Below are positions 8,758 through 17,434 of a DNA stretch of 64,000 bases, one piece after another. Within the stretch, counting starts at the first letter, position 1, and each line of letters begins with the position of its first letter. Made by a program: the position numbers and the translations under genes. Location: the NCBI GenBank assembly GCA_947448305.1, contig CANFME010000001.1, forward strand, positions 2,030-66,029. The letters run 5' to 3'. The stretch is from Burkholderiaceae bacterium. GTDB taxonomy: Bacteria > Pseudomonadota > Gammaproteobacteria > Burkholderiales > Burkholderiaceae. The notes below the pieces were generated by a model that was not told the origin of the DNA, did not search any database, and was given only the letters and a program-made list of their open reading frames with translations.

Positions 8758-9846
8758 ATGAAAATTAGTACCTTTATGATGCCAATTCACCCACCAGGAA
8801 GAAATCTGGTGGAAACTTTTAAAGAAGACAGAGAAGCTGTCATTCTTGCTGATCAATTAGGTTACAGCGAGGCTTATGTTGGCGAGCATGTCACTGATGC
8901 TGCTGAAACTATTACCAATTCAATGATATTTTTAGCAACTCTGATTCATGCTACTAAACAAATCAAATTAGGTACCGGTACGATTAACTTGCCGAACTCT
9001 CATCCAGCAGCGATTGCAGCCCAAGCTGCGATGATGGATCATATGTTAGAAGGTCGCTTCATCATGGGCATAAGTCCAGGTGGGTTAATGTCTGATGCTG
9101 AAGTTTTTGGTAACTTTAAGTCAGATCGTAATGCGATGTTTGTCGAGTGTATTAATACGATTTTGAAAATTTGGGATGGCGAAGCACCTTACAACATTGA
9201 AGGTGAATATTGGAAAATTTCCACGCAAAATACGATGATTCCAGAAATTGGCCAAGGTTACATCATGAAGCCTTTTCAAAAGCCTTATCCTTTAATCGTA
9301 GGAACAGCTGTAGCCCCTTATTCCAAAGGTGTTACAGAAATGGCTAAACGTGGCTGGCAACCAATTTCAGCAAACTTTTTAATGCCTGAGTGGGTTGCAA
9401 CGCATTGGCCAAAATATGTTGAAGGTCGTGAGTCAGTTGGTGCGGTTGCTCATCCTGATGAATGGCGTGTTGCGAAGAGCATTTTTGTGGCAGATGATGA
9501 TGCTACTGCACGTCGTTATGGTTTAGAAGATGGTGGTCCTTACTATGCTTACTTCAAATCACTCAGTCGTAAATTAGTGAATGGTGGCAGAAGTAATTTG
9601 TTTAAAGTTGATCCAAATATGCCAGACTCTGAAGTCACTCCAGAGTTTGTGACTAATCGCTTAGTCCTTGCTGGATCTGTCAACTCTGTAGTAGATCAAT
9701 TACTAAAGTTTAGAGAAGAAGTTGGTGATTTTGGTAATTTACTTTATGCATGTCATGACTGGATGGATCCAGCCCTCGCAAAACGTTCGATGGAATTGAT
9801 GGCAACTGAAGTAATGCCGCGAGTTAACGCTGCGATTGGTAAGTAA
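8758..9846 (+). CDS. LLM-class (luciferase-like) flavin-dependent monooxygenase
   Basis: 362 aa with a luciferase-like TIM-barrel N-terminus (FMMPIHPPGR...GYSEAYVGEH...). A partner flavin reductase is encoded at 5251-5799. Confidence 0.8.
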   Translation: MKISTFMMPIHPPGRNLVETFKEDREAVILADQLGYSEAYVGEHVTDAAETITNSMIFLATLIHATKQIKLGTGTINLPNSHPAAIAAQAAMMDHMLEGRFIMGISPGGLMSDAEVFGNFKSDRNAMFVECINTILKIWDGEAPYNIEGEYWKISTQNTMIPEIGQGYIMKPFQKPYPLIVGTAVAPYSKGVTEMAKRGWQPISANFLMPEWVATHWPKYVEGRESVGAVAHPDEWRVAKSIFVADDDATARRYGLEDGGPYYAYFKSLSRKLVNGGRSNLFKVDPNMPDSEVTPEFVTNRLVLAGSVNSVVDQLLKFREEVGDFGNLLYACHDWMDPALAKRSMELMATEVMPRVNAAIGK

Positions 9847-9866
9847 AACATATACTTGTTCATGAC

Positions 9867-9900
9867 AAAGGCCGATAAATCATTCGATTTATCGGCCTTT
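9867..9900. terminator. Intrinsic terminator after the LLM gene; may also serve the convergent amidohydrolase gene
   Basis: Perfect 15-bp inverted repeat AAAGGCCGATAAATC (9867-9881) / GATTTATCGGCCTTT (9886-9900) with a 4-nt loop, followed by T-rich sequence. Confidence 0.75.
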
Positions 9901-9963
9901 TCAATTTTGGCAATGCTTTTTGATCGCCTTAGAACAGGTTCAACTTTTAGTGCAACATCAATC

Positions 9964-11817
9964 TCAATGATTGTGTGGTTTGCCCATCATCTGGCTAAAT
10001 GCCTGAGTATGGATGGCAGTATTAGCTAGTTTTTGCAGACATGCCTCTGAGTCAATACAAGAGTTGGGGAGATTGGTTGTTTTAGTCGAGCGGTCATAAA
10101 CGATTTTGTCTTCCTTAATCGTTTTTAAGACCTTAATCTCTTCAATTTTTAGACGATCTATTGTTAGCGGATTATCAGATAATATGACAAAATCAGCGAG
10201 TTTACCCACCTCAATAGATCCCTTTGATTTGCCCTCGTTGTATTGCATTGCAGGCCACAGAGTAATTGCTTTTAGACCTACGATAGGTTCTACTCGTTGA
10301 TTCGGGCCAAGAACTTGACCACTTCGCGTCACTCGGTTTACCGTTGCAGAAAGTACTCGCATCATATCTGGAAATGCCACGGGTGCATCATGATGAGAAG
10401 AAAAGGGTATACCTGCATCTTTTAGCCATTTGGTAGGAGAGATGTTGGCAGCGCGTTCTGGACCAAGAACGGAGTCACGGTGCCAATCACCCCAGTAGTA
10501 GGTGTGCATTGGAAAAACGGATGGGAAAATGCCTAACTTTTTAAGTGCTGGAATTTGATCAGCCCGCAAGGTTTGACCATGAACCATGACAGGTTTCATC
10601 TGTGAATTAGGGTATTTTTTCTCTGCAAGGGAAATCCCGCGAATTAACTGATCGATGGCAGCGTCGCCATTTGTGTGAGTAATGATTTGCCATTTCTTAG
10701 CATAAGCTTGTTTGATAAATAGATTAGCCATTTCATCAGGCATGGAAGGATAGCCGTTGTAGTCATCTTTTTGACCCTCAGGAACTATAAAGTAAGGCTT
10801 TGATAACCATGCGGTTTTACCCTGAGGGGAACCGTCGAGAACCAGTTTTACCCCACCAATCCGTAAGTGATTCTGATAGGTTTTGCCAACAAAAGGGCTT
10901 TCCATCCGCTTTTCGATGCCGGGGAGCATGATGGGAGGATAGGCCACAACGTCAATATCTAACTTGTTATTTTTGGCAAGTTCGGTAAGACCCAATAAAA
11001 ATCCATCAATAGCTAAACCCTCTTGGGCGGTGGTATGTCCAAAACTTTTATATAACTCTTGTCCAGCTAAGGCCAAATTGACCATTTCTTCACTACCGAC
11101 TTTAGGAAGGATTTTTGAATCCACTAACATCATTGCCGTTTCTTCAAAGACACCATTTGGTTCTTGGCTGCCTTTTTTACGCTGAATAATGCCGCCAACA
11201 GGGCTTACTGTTTGGCTAGTTATTCCAGCTATTTCTAAGGCTTTACTGTTGTAGGAACGAATATGTCCACTTTGATGAAAACACATGATGGGGATGTCTT
11301 TTGAGACCTCATCCAATTCTTCTTTTGTAGGGTGACGTTGCTCTTTGAGTTGAGAGTCGTCATAACCAAAGCCAATAATCAGTCCATATTTTTTGGGAAC
11401 AGGTGAGTTAGCTACCCATTCTTTTAAGACCTTTTGCAAAGCGGGAATAGAGTCCACAGTTCCGTCAGGAGGTGGTAGTAGGTTTGCTGAAATGGCTTGA
11501 ACTCCCACATTAACCATATGACCATGACCATCAATAAAACCTGGCACTAAAGTTTTACCATCTAAGGAAACTTGCTTGGTTTTCATACCCGTGAATTGCT
11601 TCATGGAATTCTCAGAACCAACAGCGATGATTTTGCCATTTTTAACGGCGACAGCCTTAGCTGTTGGTTGCTGATCGTTCACCGTGACAATCGGACCATT
11701 GTAATAAATGGTGTCAGCAGCTTTGGTATCACTGACAAAACTTGTTGCAGAACTAGCCGAAAAAAAGGTCATCATCAGCAGCGTTAAAGATGTTACTAGC
11801 GCAATACGCTTGGACAT
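9964..11817 (-). CDS. Secreted amidohydrolase-family metallohydrolase (YtcJ-like, amidohydrolase_3)
   Basis: Signal peptide MSKRIALVTSLTLLMMTFFSASSA and HxH metal motif GFIDGHGHMV. The track start at 11832 is TTG. The ATG at 11817 has GGAG 5 nt upstream, so I use 11817. Confidence 0.8.
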   Translation of the reverse strand: MSKRIALVTSLTLLMMTFFSASSATSFVSDTKAADTIYYNGPIVTVNDQQPTAKAVAVKNGKIIAVGSENSMKQFTGMKTKQVSLDGKTLVPGFIDGHGHMVNVGVQAISANLLPPPDGTVDSIPALQKVLKEWVANSPVPKKYGLIIGFGYDDSQLKEQRHPTKEELDEVSKDIPIMCFHQSGHIRSYNSKALEIAGITSQTVSPVGGIIQRKKGSQEPNGVFEETAMMLVDSKILPKVGSEEMVNLALAGQELYKSFGHTTAQEGLAIDGFLLGLTELAKNNKLDIDVVAYPPIMLPGIEKRMESPFVGKTYQNHLRIGGVKLVLDGSPQGKTAWLSKPYFIVPEGQKDDYNGYPSMPDEMANLFIKQAYAKKWQIITHTNGDAAIDQLIRGISLAEKKYPNSQMKPVMVHGQTLRADQIPALKKLGIFPSVFPMHTYYWGDWHRDSVLGPERAANISPTKWLKDAGIPFSSHHDAPVAFPDMMRVLSATVNRVTRSGQVLGPNQRVEPIVGLKAITLWPAMQYNEGKSKGSIEVGKLADFVILSDNPLTIDRLKIEEIKVLKTIKEDKIVYDRSTKTTNLPNSCIDSEACLQKLANTAIHTQAFSQMMGKPHNH

Positions 11818-12028
11818 ATTTACTCCAATCAAGTTAAATTTTATATAAGTAGTCTATTTATGGATTATGACAATTTATCATATTCATCAAGCAAGATTAC
11901 TTGTCCCCTTTGTTGCACCAAGTAGTTTTTTTGGCTATTTTTTTATAAAGGTTGTGTTTATTTCTTAAAACCAACATTTTGGTTTCGATCAACACAAAGC
12001 CGTCATATTTCTTTGTCATATTAGGAAC

Positions 12029-12583
12029 ATGACAACTTCTATGCTTTCAATTGTTGAACTTTATCGCGAGAAAGGCCACCTTCATTACGATGGTGAAGGC
12101 GTTTCTCAATTAGCACATGCATGGCAGTGTGGACAGCTTGCTAAAAATCAAAAAGCCAGCCCCAAGCTACAGCTTGCAGCGTGGTTACATGATATTGGTC
12201 ATCTGTTGTCAAAGAAAGAAGGAACCCCAACATCGTATGGTCATGATGACCATCATGAGCGCTTGGGTGGAAATTACTTAGCTCAAGTGTTTTCTCAAGA
12301 AGTTGCTCAACCGGTACTGATGCACGTTTTAGCTAAACGATATTTAATCACAACGAATCCCGAATATCACAAATCTTTATCTCCTGATTCTATTAGAAGT
12401 TTAATTCTTCAGGGTGGTGAAATGACGGTTGAAGAGTGCGAGAAATTTCTGAGCCATTCTTTTGCCAGTGATGCTGTTTTATTAAGAAGATGGGATGAGT
12501 TGGCAAAGAACTCTGAGTTGGTTATGCCCAATAAAGATGAGGTGATCACTGAGTTATCAAACATCGTGGAGATATGCTTATGA
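12029..12583 (+). CDS. HD-domain phosphonate-degradation oxygenase, PhnZ-like
   Basis: His/Asp pattern H30, H54-D55 (WLHDIGH), H76 (HDDHHE), H99 (LMHVLAK) and D156 (RRWDE). It is spaced like the six di-iron ligands of PhnZ. It is the first gene of the phosphonate operon and overlaps phnC. Confidence 0.75.
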   Translation: MTTSMLSIVELYREKGHLHYDGEGVSQLAHAWQCGQLAKNQKASPKLQLAAWLHDIGHLLSKKEGTPTSYGHDDHHERLGGNYLAQVFSQEVAQPVLMHVLAKRYLITTNPEYHKSLSPDSIRSLILQGGEMTVEECEKFLSHSFASDAVLLRRWDELAKNSELVMPNKDEVITELSNIVEICL

Positions 12584-13428
12584 GAAATATTCTGAATATA
12601 AGTTCCGCTAACAAGACATTCTTCTCAAGTGGAAGAAAGACCCAAGCCTTGTGTAATGTAAGTATTGATATCACCGCTGGAGAAAGGGTTGCATTAATTG
12701 GTGCGTCTGGATCTGGGAAGTCTACGTTGATTAGGTCCATTCTTGGTTTGGAAGTTTTGGATCAAGATGGGGGAATGATTAAGATTAATGAGCGCGAAAT
12801 TCAAGCCAATGGCCATTTATCAAAAGATGTTCGTCAAATCAGAAATGAAGTGGGTGTCATTTTTCAACAATTTAATTTAGTAAATCAATTAGATGTATTG
12901 ACCAATGTCTTAATTGGGATTTGTCCTAATAAAAATATTTTTCAGATCATATCTAGACGCTTTTCATTGGAAGAGAAGGCAAAAGCATTAGATGCTCTTG
13001 AAAGGGTGGGTTTAGTTGATTTTGCCTATCAAAGATCCTCAACGCTATCCGGTGGACAACAACAACGAGTGGCAATTGCTCGTGCGTTGATAAAGGGGGC
13101 AAAGATTTTGCTTGCAGATGAACCGGTAGCCTCACTCGATCCAGAGTCATCAAGAAAGGTGATGGAAACGATGGTTACTTTATCTGAAAAACTAGACTTG
13201 ACCTACATCACTAGCTTGCACCAGATTCCAATTGCTAAAAAATATTGCGTTCGAACTATAGCTCTCAATCATGGCACTGTGGTTTTTGATGGCCCTACCA
13301 AAGAGTTAGGTGCTGCCATGTTAGCAAAATTATATGGTTCGAATTTGGGAGATCTTGAGATGGAGGATGATTTTTCTTGTAATAGGGGTGATGGTATTGC
13401 ATCACCAGAATTAATATTGGTTGAATAG
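12574..13428 (+). CDS. phnC: Phosphonate ABC transporter ATP-binding protein
   Basis: Walker A GASGSGKSTL, signature LSGGQQQRVAIARAL and Walker B ILLADEP, directly followed by phnD/phnE. The start may be the ATG at 12580 (ATGA overlap with the upstream stop; GGAG 8 nt upstream). Confidence 0.85.
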   Translation: MLMRNILNISSANKTFFSSGRKTQALCNVSIDITAGERVALIGASGSGKSTLIRSILGLEVLDQDGGMIKINEREIQANGHLSKDVRQIRNEVGVIFQQFNLVNQLDVLTNVLIGICPNKNIFQIISRRFSLEEKAKALDALERVGLVDFAYQRSSTLSGGQQQRVAIARALIKGAKILLADEPVASLDPESSRKVMETMVTLSEKLDLTYITSLHQIPIAKKYCVRTIALNHGTVVFDGPTKELGAAMLAKLYGSNLGDLEMEDDFSCNRGDGIASPELILVE

Positions 13429-13456
13429 GAATTATTTTTTTATTGGGAGATTGAAA

Positions 13457-14404
13457 ATGAAGTTAAGTAAAATACTTTTGGCAGGGTTTCTTGCATTGAT
13501 GGTATGCATGGTGCAAGCAAAGGAAATAAGTTTTGGAGTGATCTCAACAGATTCTGCATCAGCGCAGAGGGATCGTTGGGAACCATTCTTTAGGGATATG
13601 GAAAAGCAGACAGGCCTAACGGTCAAATCGTTCTATGCAACGGATTATGCTGGAGTGATTGAAGCAATGCGTTTTAATAAAGTCCAAGTTGCTTGGTTTG
13701 GAAATAAAGCTGCCATGGAGGCGGTTGATCGTTCTAACGGTGAAGTGTTTGCCCAAGTGGTTTTTGCTGATGGGGCGGTGGGATATACATCGTATTTAAT
13801 TACTCAAAAAGACTCACCATATAATACCGTGGATGATGTAATTAAAAATGGTAAGAGTATCAATTTTGGTATTGGTGATCCGAATTCAACTTCTGGATTT
13901 TTAGTTCCCACTTATTACGTCTTTGCAAAGAGAAACATAGAAGCAAGGGAGACTTTCAAAACTGTCAGAAATGCAAGCCATAGCGTAAATATTCAGGCTA
14001 TTCTAGCGAAGCAACTAGATGTTGCAACCAACAATTCTGAGGAACTTGATCGTTTAGCGGCAAACAAACCTGATGCATTTCAGGCATTAAAGATAATTTG
14101 GAAAAGCCCTCTGATTCCTAGTGATCCCTTTGTTTGGCGGACTGATTTAGATAATGATACGAAAGAGAAATTAAAGAAATTTGTGTATAACTATGCAAAG
14201 ACTGATCCGGCTGAAAAGGCTATTCTCAAAAATATTTATAATTACGGTGGTTTTAGACCGTCCACGAATGCACAATTAAATCCTATTCGCCAATTGGAAC
14301 TTTATAAAGAATTACGCAAGGTTGAGACAGATACTACGATTAGTGATGCTGAGAGAGTAAAAAAAGTTGCTGAATTTAATGAGGCTTTAGCAAAAATTAA
14401 ATGA
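13457..14404 (+). CDS. phnD: Phosphonate ABC transporter substrate-binding protein
   Basis: Signal peptide [21 protein letters not shown] and PhnD-typical stretches FGVISTDSA and [12 protein letters not shown]. The track start at 13421 is TTG; the ATG at 13457 has GGGAGA 6 nt upstream. Confidence 0.85.
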   Translation: MKLSKILLAGFLALMVCMVQAKEISFGVISTDSASAQRDRWEPFFRDMEKQTGLTVKSFYATDYAGVIEAMRFNKVQVAWFGNKAAMEAVDRSNGEVFAQVVFADGAVGYTSYLITQKDSPYNTVDDVIKNGKSINFGIGDPNSTSGFLVPTYYVFAKRNIEARETFKTVRNASHSVNIQAILAKQLDVATNNSEELDRLAANKPDAFQALKIIWKSPLIPSDPFVWRTDLDNDTKEKLKKFVYNYAKTDPAEKAILKNIYNYGGFRPSTNAQLNPIRQLELYKELRKVETDTTISDAERVKKVAEFNEALAKIK

Positions 14405-15213
14405 GTGAGAATGCATCCAAACTTTCATTGGATCGAGCCAAGGCAAGAGCACTGGAAGAAAGACATGGTCTAACCTACTATCTTGGTTGGGCTTTGTTTT
14501 TTTTAGTACTTGCTTGGTCTTGGGAAGGCGCAGAAATGCGTCCGATGGATCTGATTAAAGATTCTGGCAACATGGGTAAGTACGCGGCAGATTTTTTCCC
14601 ACCTAACTTTAAAGATTGGAAACTATACGTTTCTGAAATGTTGGTTACAGTCCAGATTGCGGTTTGGGGAACTTTGCTAGCAATTATCGCTGCTGTTCCC
14701 TTAGGACTGCTGAGCGCATCCAATGTGGTTAGTCCTTGGATCTATCAACCAGTTCGTCGCCTGATGGATGCTTTACGCGCTATCAATGAAATGGTGTTTG
14801 CAATGCTATTCATTGTCGCCGTTGGACTAGGTCCGTTTGCTGGGGTATTAGCATTATTTGTCCACACGACAGGGACTTTGGCTAAATTATTTTCAGAGGC
14901 AGTTGAGGCGGTTGATCCAAGATCCATTGAAGGTATTCGTGCTACAGGAGCGCATCCCATGGCTGAAATTGTCTATGGGATTTTGCCTCAAGTAATGCCC
15001 TTATGGGTGTCTTATTCATTGTATCGTTTTGAGGCAAACGTAAGGTCTGCCTCGGTGGTTGGAATGGTTGGAGCGGGTGGTATTGGGGTAATTATTTATG
15101 AGGTTACACGGGGATTTCAATATGCTCAAACTTGTGCTGTATTAATTATCTTAATTGCAACAGTTACGATCATTGATTTGATCTCTTCTTACCTTAGAAA
15201 ACTTGCTACTTAA
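14401..15213 (+). CDS. phnE: Phosphonate ABC transporter permease
   Basis: Multi-pass membrane protein with the EAA-type loop [37 protein letters not shown] overlap with phnD. Confidence 0.85.
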   Translation: MSENASKLSLDRAKARALEERHGLTYYLGWALFFLVLAWSWEGAEMRPMDLIKDSGNMGKYAADFFPPNFKDWKLYVSEMLVTVQIAVWGTLLAIIAAVPLGLLSASNVVSPWIYQPVRRLMDALRAINEMVFAMLFIVAVGLGPFAGVLALFVHTTGTLAKLFSEAVEAVDPRSIEGIRATGAHPMAEIVYGILPQVMPLWVSYSLYRFEANVRSASVVGMVGAGGIGVIIYEVTRGFQYAQTCAVLIILIATVTIIDLISSYLRKLAT

Positions 15214-15216
15214 ATA

Positions 15217-16299
15217 ATGAATAAGTCGAAAATTTATTTTGGAGCAGGATCTTTAAACCAGTTAGAAAAGCTTTATCCTGAACGTGGATTTCATATTCTG
15301 CGAATTCCTGAAATTTCTAATCTTCAAATGAGTAATATACATAACTCCTTGCAGGGTAGAGTACTTTCAGAAACGATTTATCAAAATGGCATGCCTGAAA
15401 TATTGTATGTTCAAGCGCTCCAGGAGAGTTTTTGGCAAGGAATTGATCACACCAACTCAGTTTTATTAGGGGTCGGCGGCGGCAGTGTGATGGACGTTGC
15501 TAAAGTCTTACGCTTTCGGCCAGAAGGTCAAGCTTGGTTAAGTAAAAATCTAGACACCGCTATGGATGGCCAACATTTTTTCAAAATTCCTTTAATCCTT
15601 GCCCCAACAACGGCAGGCACTGGAAGTGAAGTTAGTCCTACAGCAACGATTTGGGATTTTAAAAATCATCACAAACATTCATTTTTTGGACCGCAAGTGT
15701 TAGCGAATGATGCTATCGTAGATCCTTGTTTGTGTTTAGGTGCTCCTTGGATTGTTTCACGGGATGCAGCGATTGATGCTCTTTCTCACGCCTTAGAAGC
15801 TATTTGGAATCGGAATAGTACCTCCGATACGACTCGACAAGCGATTGAAGCGGCTAAGATTATTTGTGAATCTTTGCCTCGTCTGCAGGGTAATTTAGAA
15901 AATCTTGAAATTCGTGAAAAACTTTCGGGTGCTGCATTATCGGCAGGTTTGGCAATGGGAGTAACTCAAACAGCCTTAGCACACGCCTTGTCATATACCG
16001 AAACTGCTACTAGTCAAAAAAGTCATGGTCAATCTTGTGCTTACTGGTTGCCTTATGTATGGCAATTATTAATTCAAAGTAAGTGTGATTCTCGTATTTT
16101 GCTCGCAGTTGAGGAAGCAGTTGGTCAGCAATTTTCAACACCAATTGAGATGTATCAATGGTTAGTGAATTTAGGGTTTTTAGTATATCCTCCGCTTGAA
16201 CGTGACAAATATGTTGAAGAACAGGTTGGTCGAGTGAGACTTTCTGCTCGAGGAAGAAACTTTGCAGGATTTGAGATCGATAATGAAAAAAATGTATGA
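15217..16299 (+). CDS. Iron-containing (group III) alcohol dehydrogenase family protein, phosphonate-operon associated, substrate unknown
   Basis: Fe-ADH motifs GVGGGSVMDVAKV and APTTAGTGSEV, with His-rich metal region DALSHALEAIW / ALAHALSY. It lies 3 nt after phnE. Confidence 0.75.
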   Translation: MNKSKIYFGAGSLNQLEKLYPERGFHILRIPEISNLQMSNIHNSLQGRVLSETIYQNGMPEILYVQALQESFWQGIDHTNSVLLGVGGGSVMDVAKVLRFRPEGQAWLSKNLDTAMDGQHFFKIPLILAPTTAGTGSEVSPTATIWDFKNHHKHSFFGPQVLANDAIVDPCLCLGAPWIVSRDAAIDALSHALEAIWNRNSTSDTTRQAIEAAKIICESLPRLQGNLENLEIREKLSGAALSAGLAMGVTQTALAHALSYTETATSQKSHGQSCAYWLPYVWQLLIQSKCDSRILLAVEEAVGQQFSTPIEMYQWLVNLGFLVYPPLERDKYVEEQVGRVRLSARGRNFAGFEIDNEKNV

Positions 16300-17434
16300 C
16301 CTATTAGTGGTAGGCTCTGGGATTGTTGGGCTAGCTCATGCTTACGAAGCAAGAAAAAGAGGTTTGTCGGTCGCAATTGTTGAGCAAAATGCCCGCTGTA
16401 CTGGTGCATCCATTCGTAACTTTGGCTTTATTACAGTCTCTGGTCAGGGTTACAAAGACACTTGGCGAAGAGCCGTATATTCTGCAAAGGTTTGGCGAGA
16501 ATTGACCCACTTAGCTGGTATCAAAATATTGCATCAAGGCACATGGATTTTATGTCAACGTCCGGAGGCAGTGGCAGTAGCTAAAGCTTTTTTAAAAACT
16601 ACAATGGGTGAAGAATGCACCTTTTATGAAAAAACGAGTTACAACGATTTACCAAGTTTAGGATTTTCGAATACCGATAATCTAAGGCTCCAAGAATCTT
16701 TAGGTGTTCTTTATAGTCCTCATGAATTTAGAGTGGAATCTAAAGACGCAATTCCTCAATTAGCTGAATACTTGCAATCTGAAATGGGCGTTGATTTTTA
16801 TTGGGGTACAGAGGTCTTGTCCATTGATGATTCATCGATTCTTACTTCCAATCATCGTTTGGAAGCTAATCGGGTTGTGATATGCCCAGGTTCTCAGCTG
16901 ACGGGTATTGCCAAGCCCTACATTGAAAAGCATCATTTAAAATTATGCACTCTTCAAATGTTCAGGTTAAAAGTTCAAGAGGGCTTTATTTTGCCTGGTA
17001 GTGTAATGACAGATAACAGCTTAGCTAGGTATCTTGGCTGGGCTGGGCTGCCTGAAGCTCAAGCACTTAAAGATCGAATTGCTAAAGAGATGCCAGAGTA
17101 TCTAAATGAAGGAATTCATTTAATCGTTGTTCAAAGTGCAGATGGGAGCTTAGTAGTCGGCGACTCGCATCGATATGGTCCTTCTGAAGAGGTATTTGCG
17201 AGTGAGCGAGTTGAGAGTTTGATCATCAATTTGTTATATAAGGTTTTAAATATCACTGAGCATACGATGATGGAGCGATGGACTGGCGTTTATCCATCTT
17301 CAAGTGTATCGGATGCGTTGATTGAAAAAGTATCCCCGAGAATTAGAGTGGCAATCGTGAGCAGTGGCACAGGAGCAAGTACCGCTTTTGGACTTGCAAA
17401 AGATAATTTTGATGAATGGTTATGTAATGATTAA
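16283..17434 (+). CDS. FAD-dependent oxidoreductase (DAO/amine oxidase type), phosphonate-operon associated
   Basis: Dinucleotide fold YDLLVVGSGIVGLAHAYEARKRGLSVAIVEQ. The track start at 16262 is TTG. In-frame ATGs occur at 16283 and 16292; the latter gives an ATGTATGA overlap with the upstream stop. Confidence 0.75.
   Translation: MKKMYDLLVVGSGIVGLAHAYEARKRGLSVAIVEQNARCTGASIRNFGFITVSGQGYKDTWRRAVYSAKVWRELTHLAGIKILHQGTWILCQRPEAVAVAKAFLKTTMGEECTFYEKTSYNDLPSLGFSNTDNLRLQESLGVLYSPHEFRVESKDAIPQLAEYLQSEMGVDFYWGTEVLSIDDSSILTSNHRLEANRVVICPGSQLTGIAKPYIEKHHLKLCTLQMFRLKVQEGFILPGSVMTDNSLARYLGWAGLPEAQALKDRIAKEMPEYLNEGIHLIVVQSADGSLVVGDSHRYGPSEEVFASERVESLIINLLYKVLNITEHTMMERWTGVYPSSSVSDALIEKVSPRIRVAIVSSGTGASTAFGLAKDNFDEWLCND

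Noticed and set aside
12002-12022. A canonical Pho box upstream of the phosphonate operon.
   Set aside because: The two GTCATATT repeats are 13 bp apart rather than the canonical 11 bp. They sit only about 7-27 nt from the start codon, too close for a -35 replacement. I kept them only as an unexplained repeat cluster.
13421-13456. N-terminal extensions produced by the ORF track. Affected starts are 11832, 13421, 16262, 17364, 29650, 51850, 59539 and 61423.
   Set aside because: These starts are TTG or lie inside the upstream gene. Downstream in-frame ATG/GTG codons have Shine-Dalgarno sequences and give N-termini matching family expectations, such as a signal peptide or Rossmann fold right at the start.
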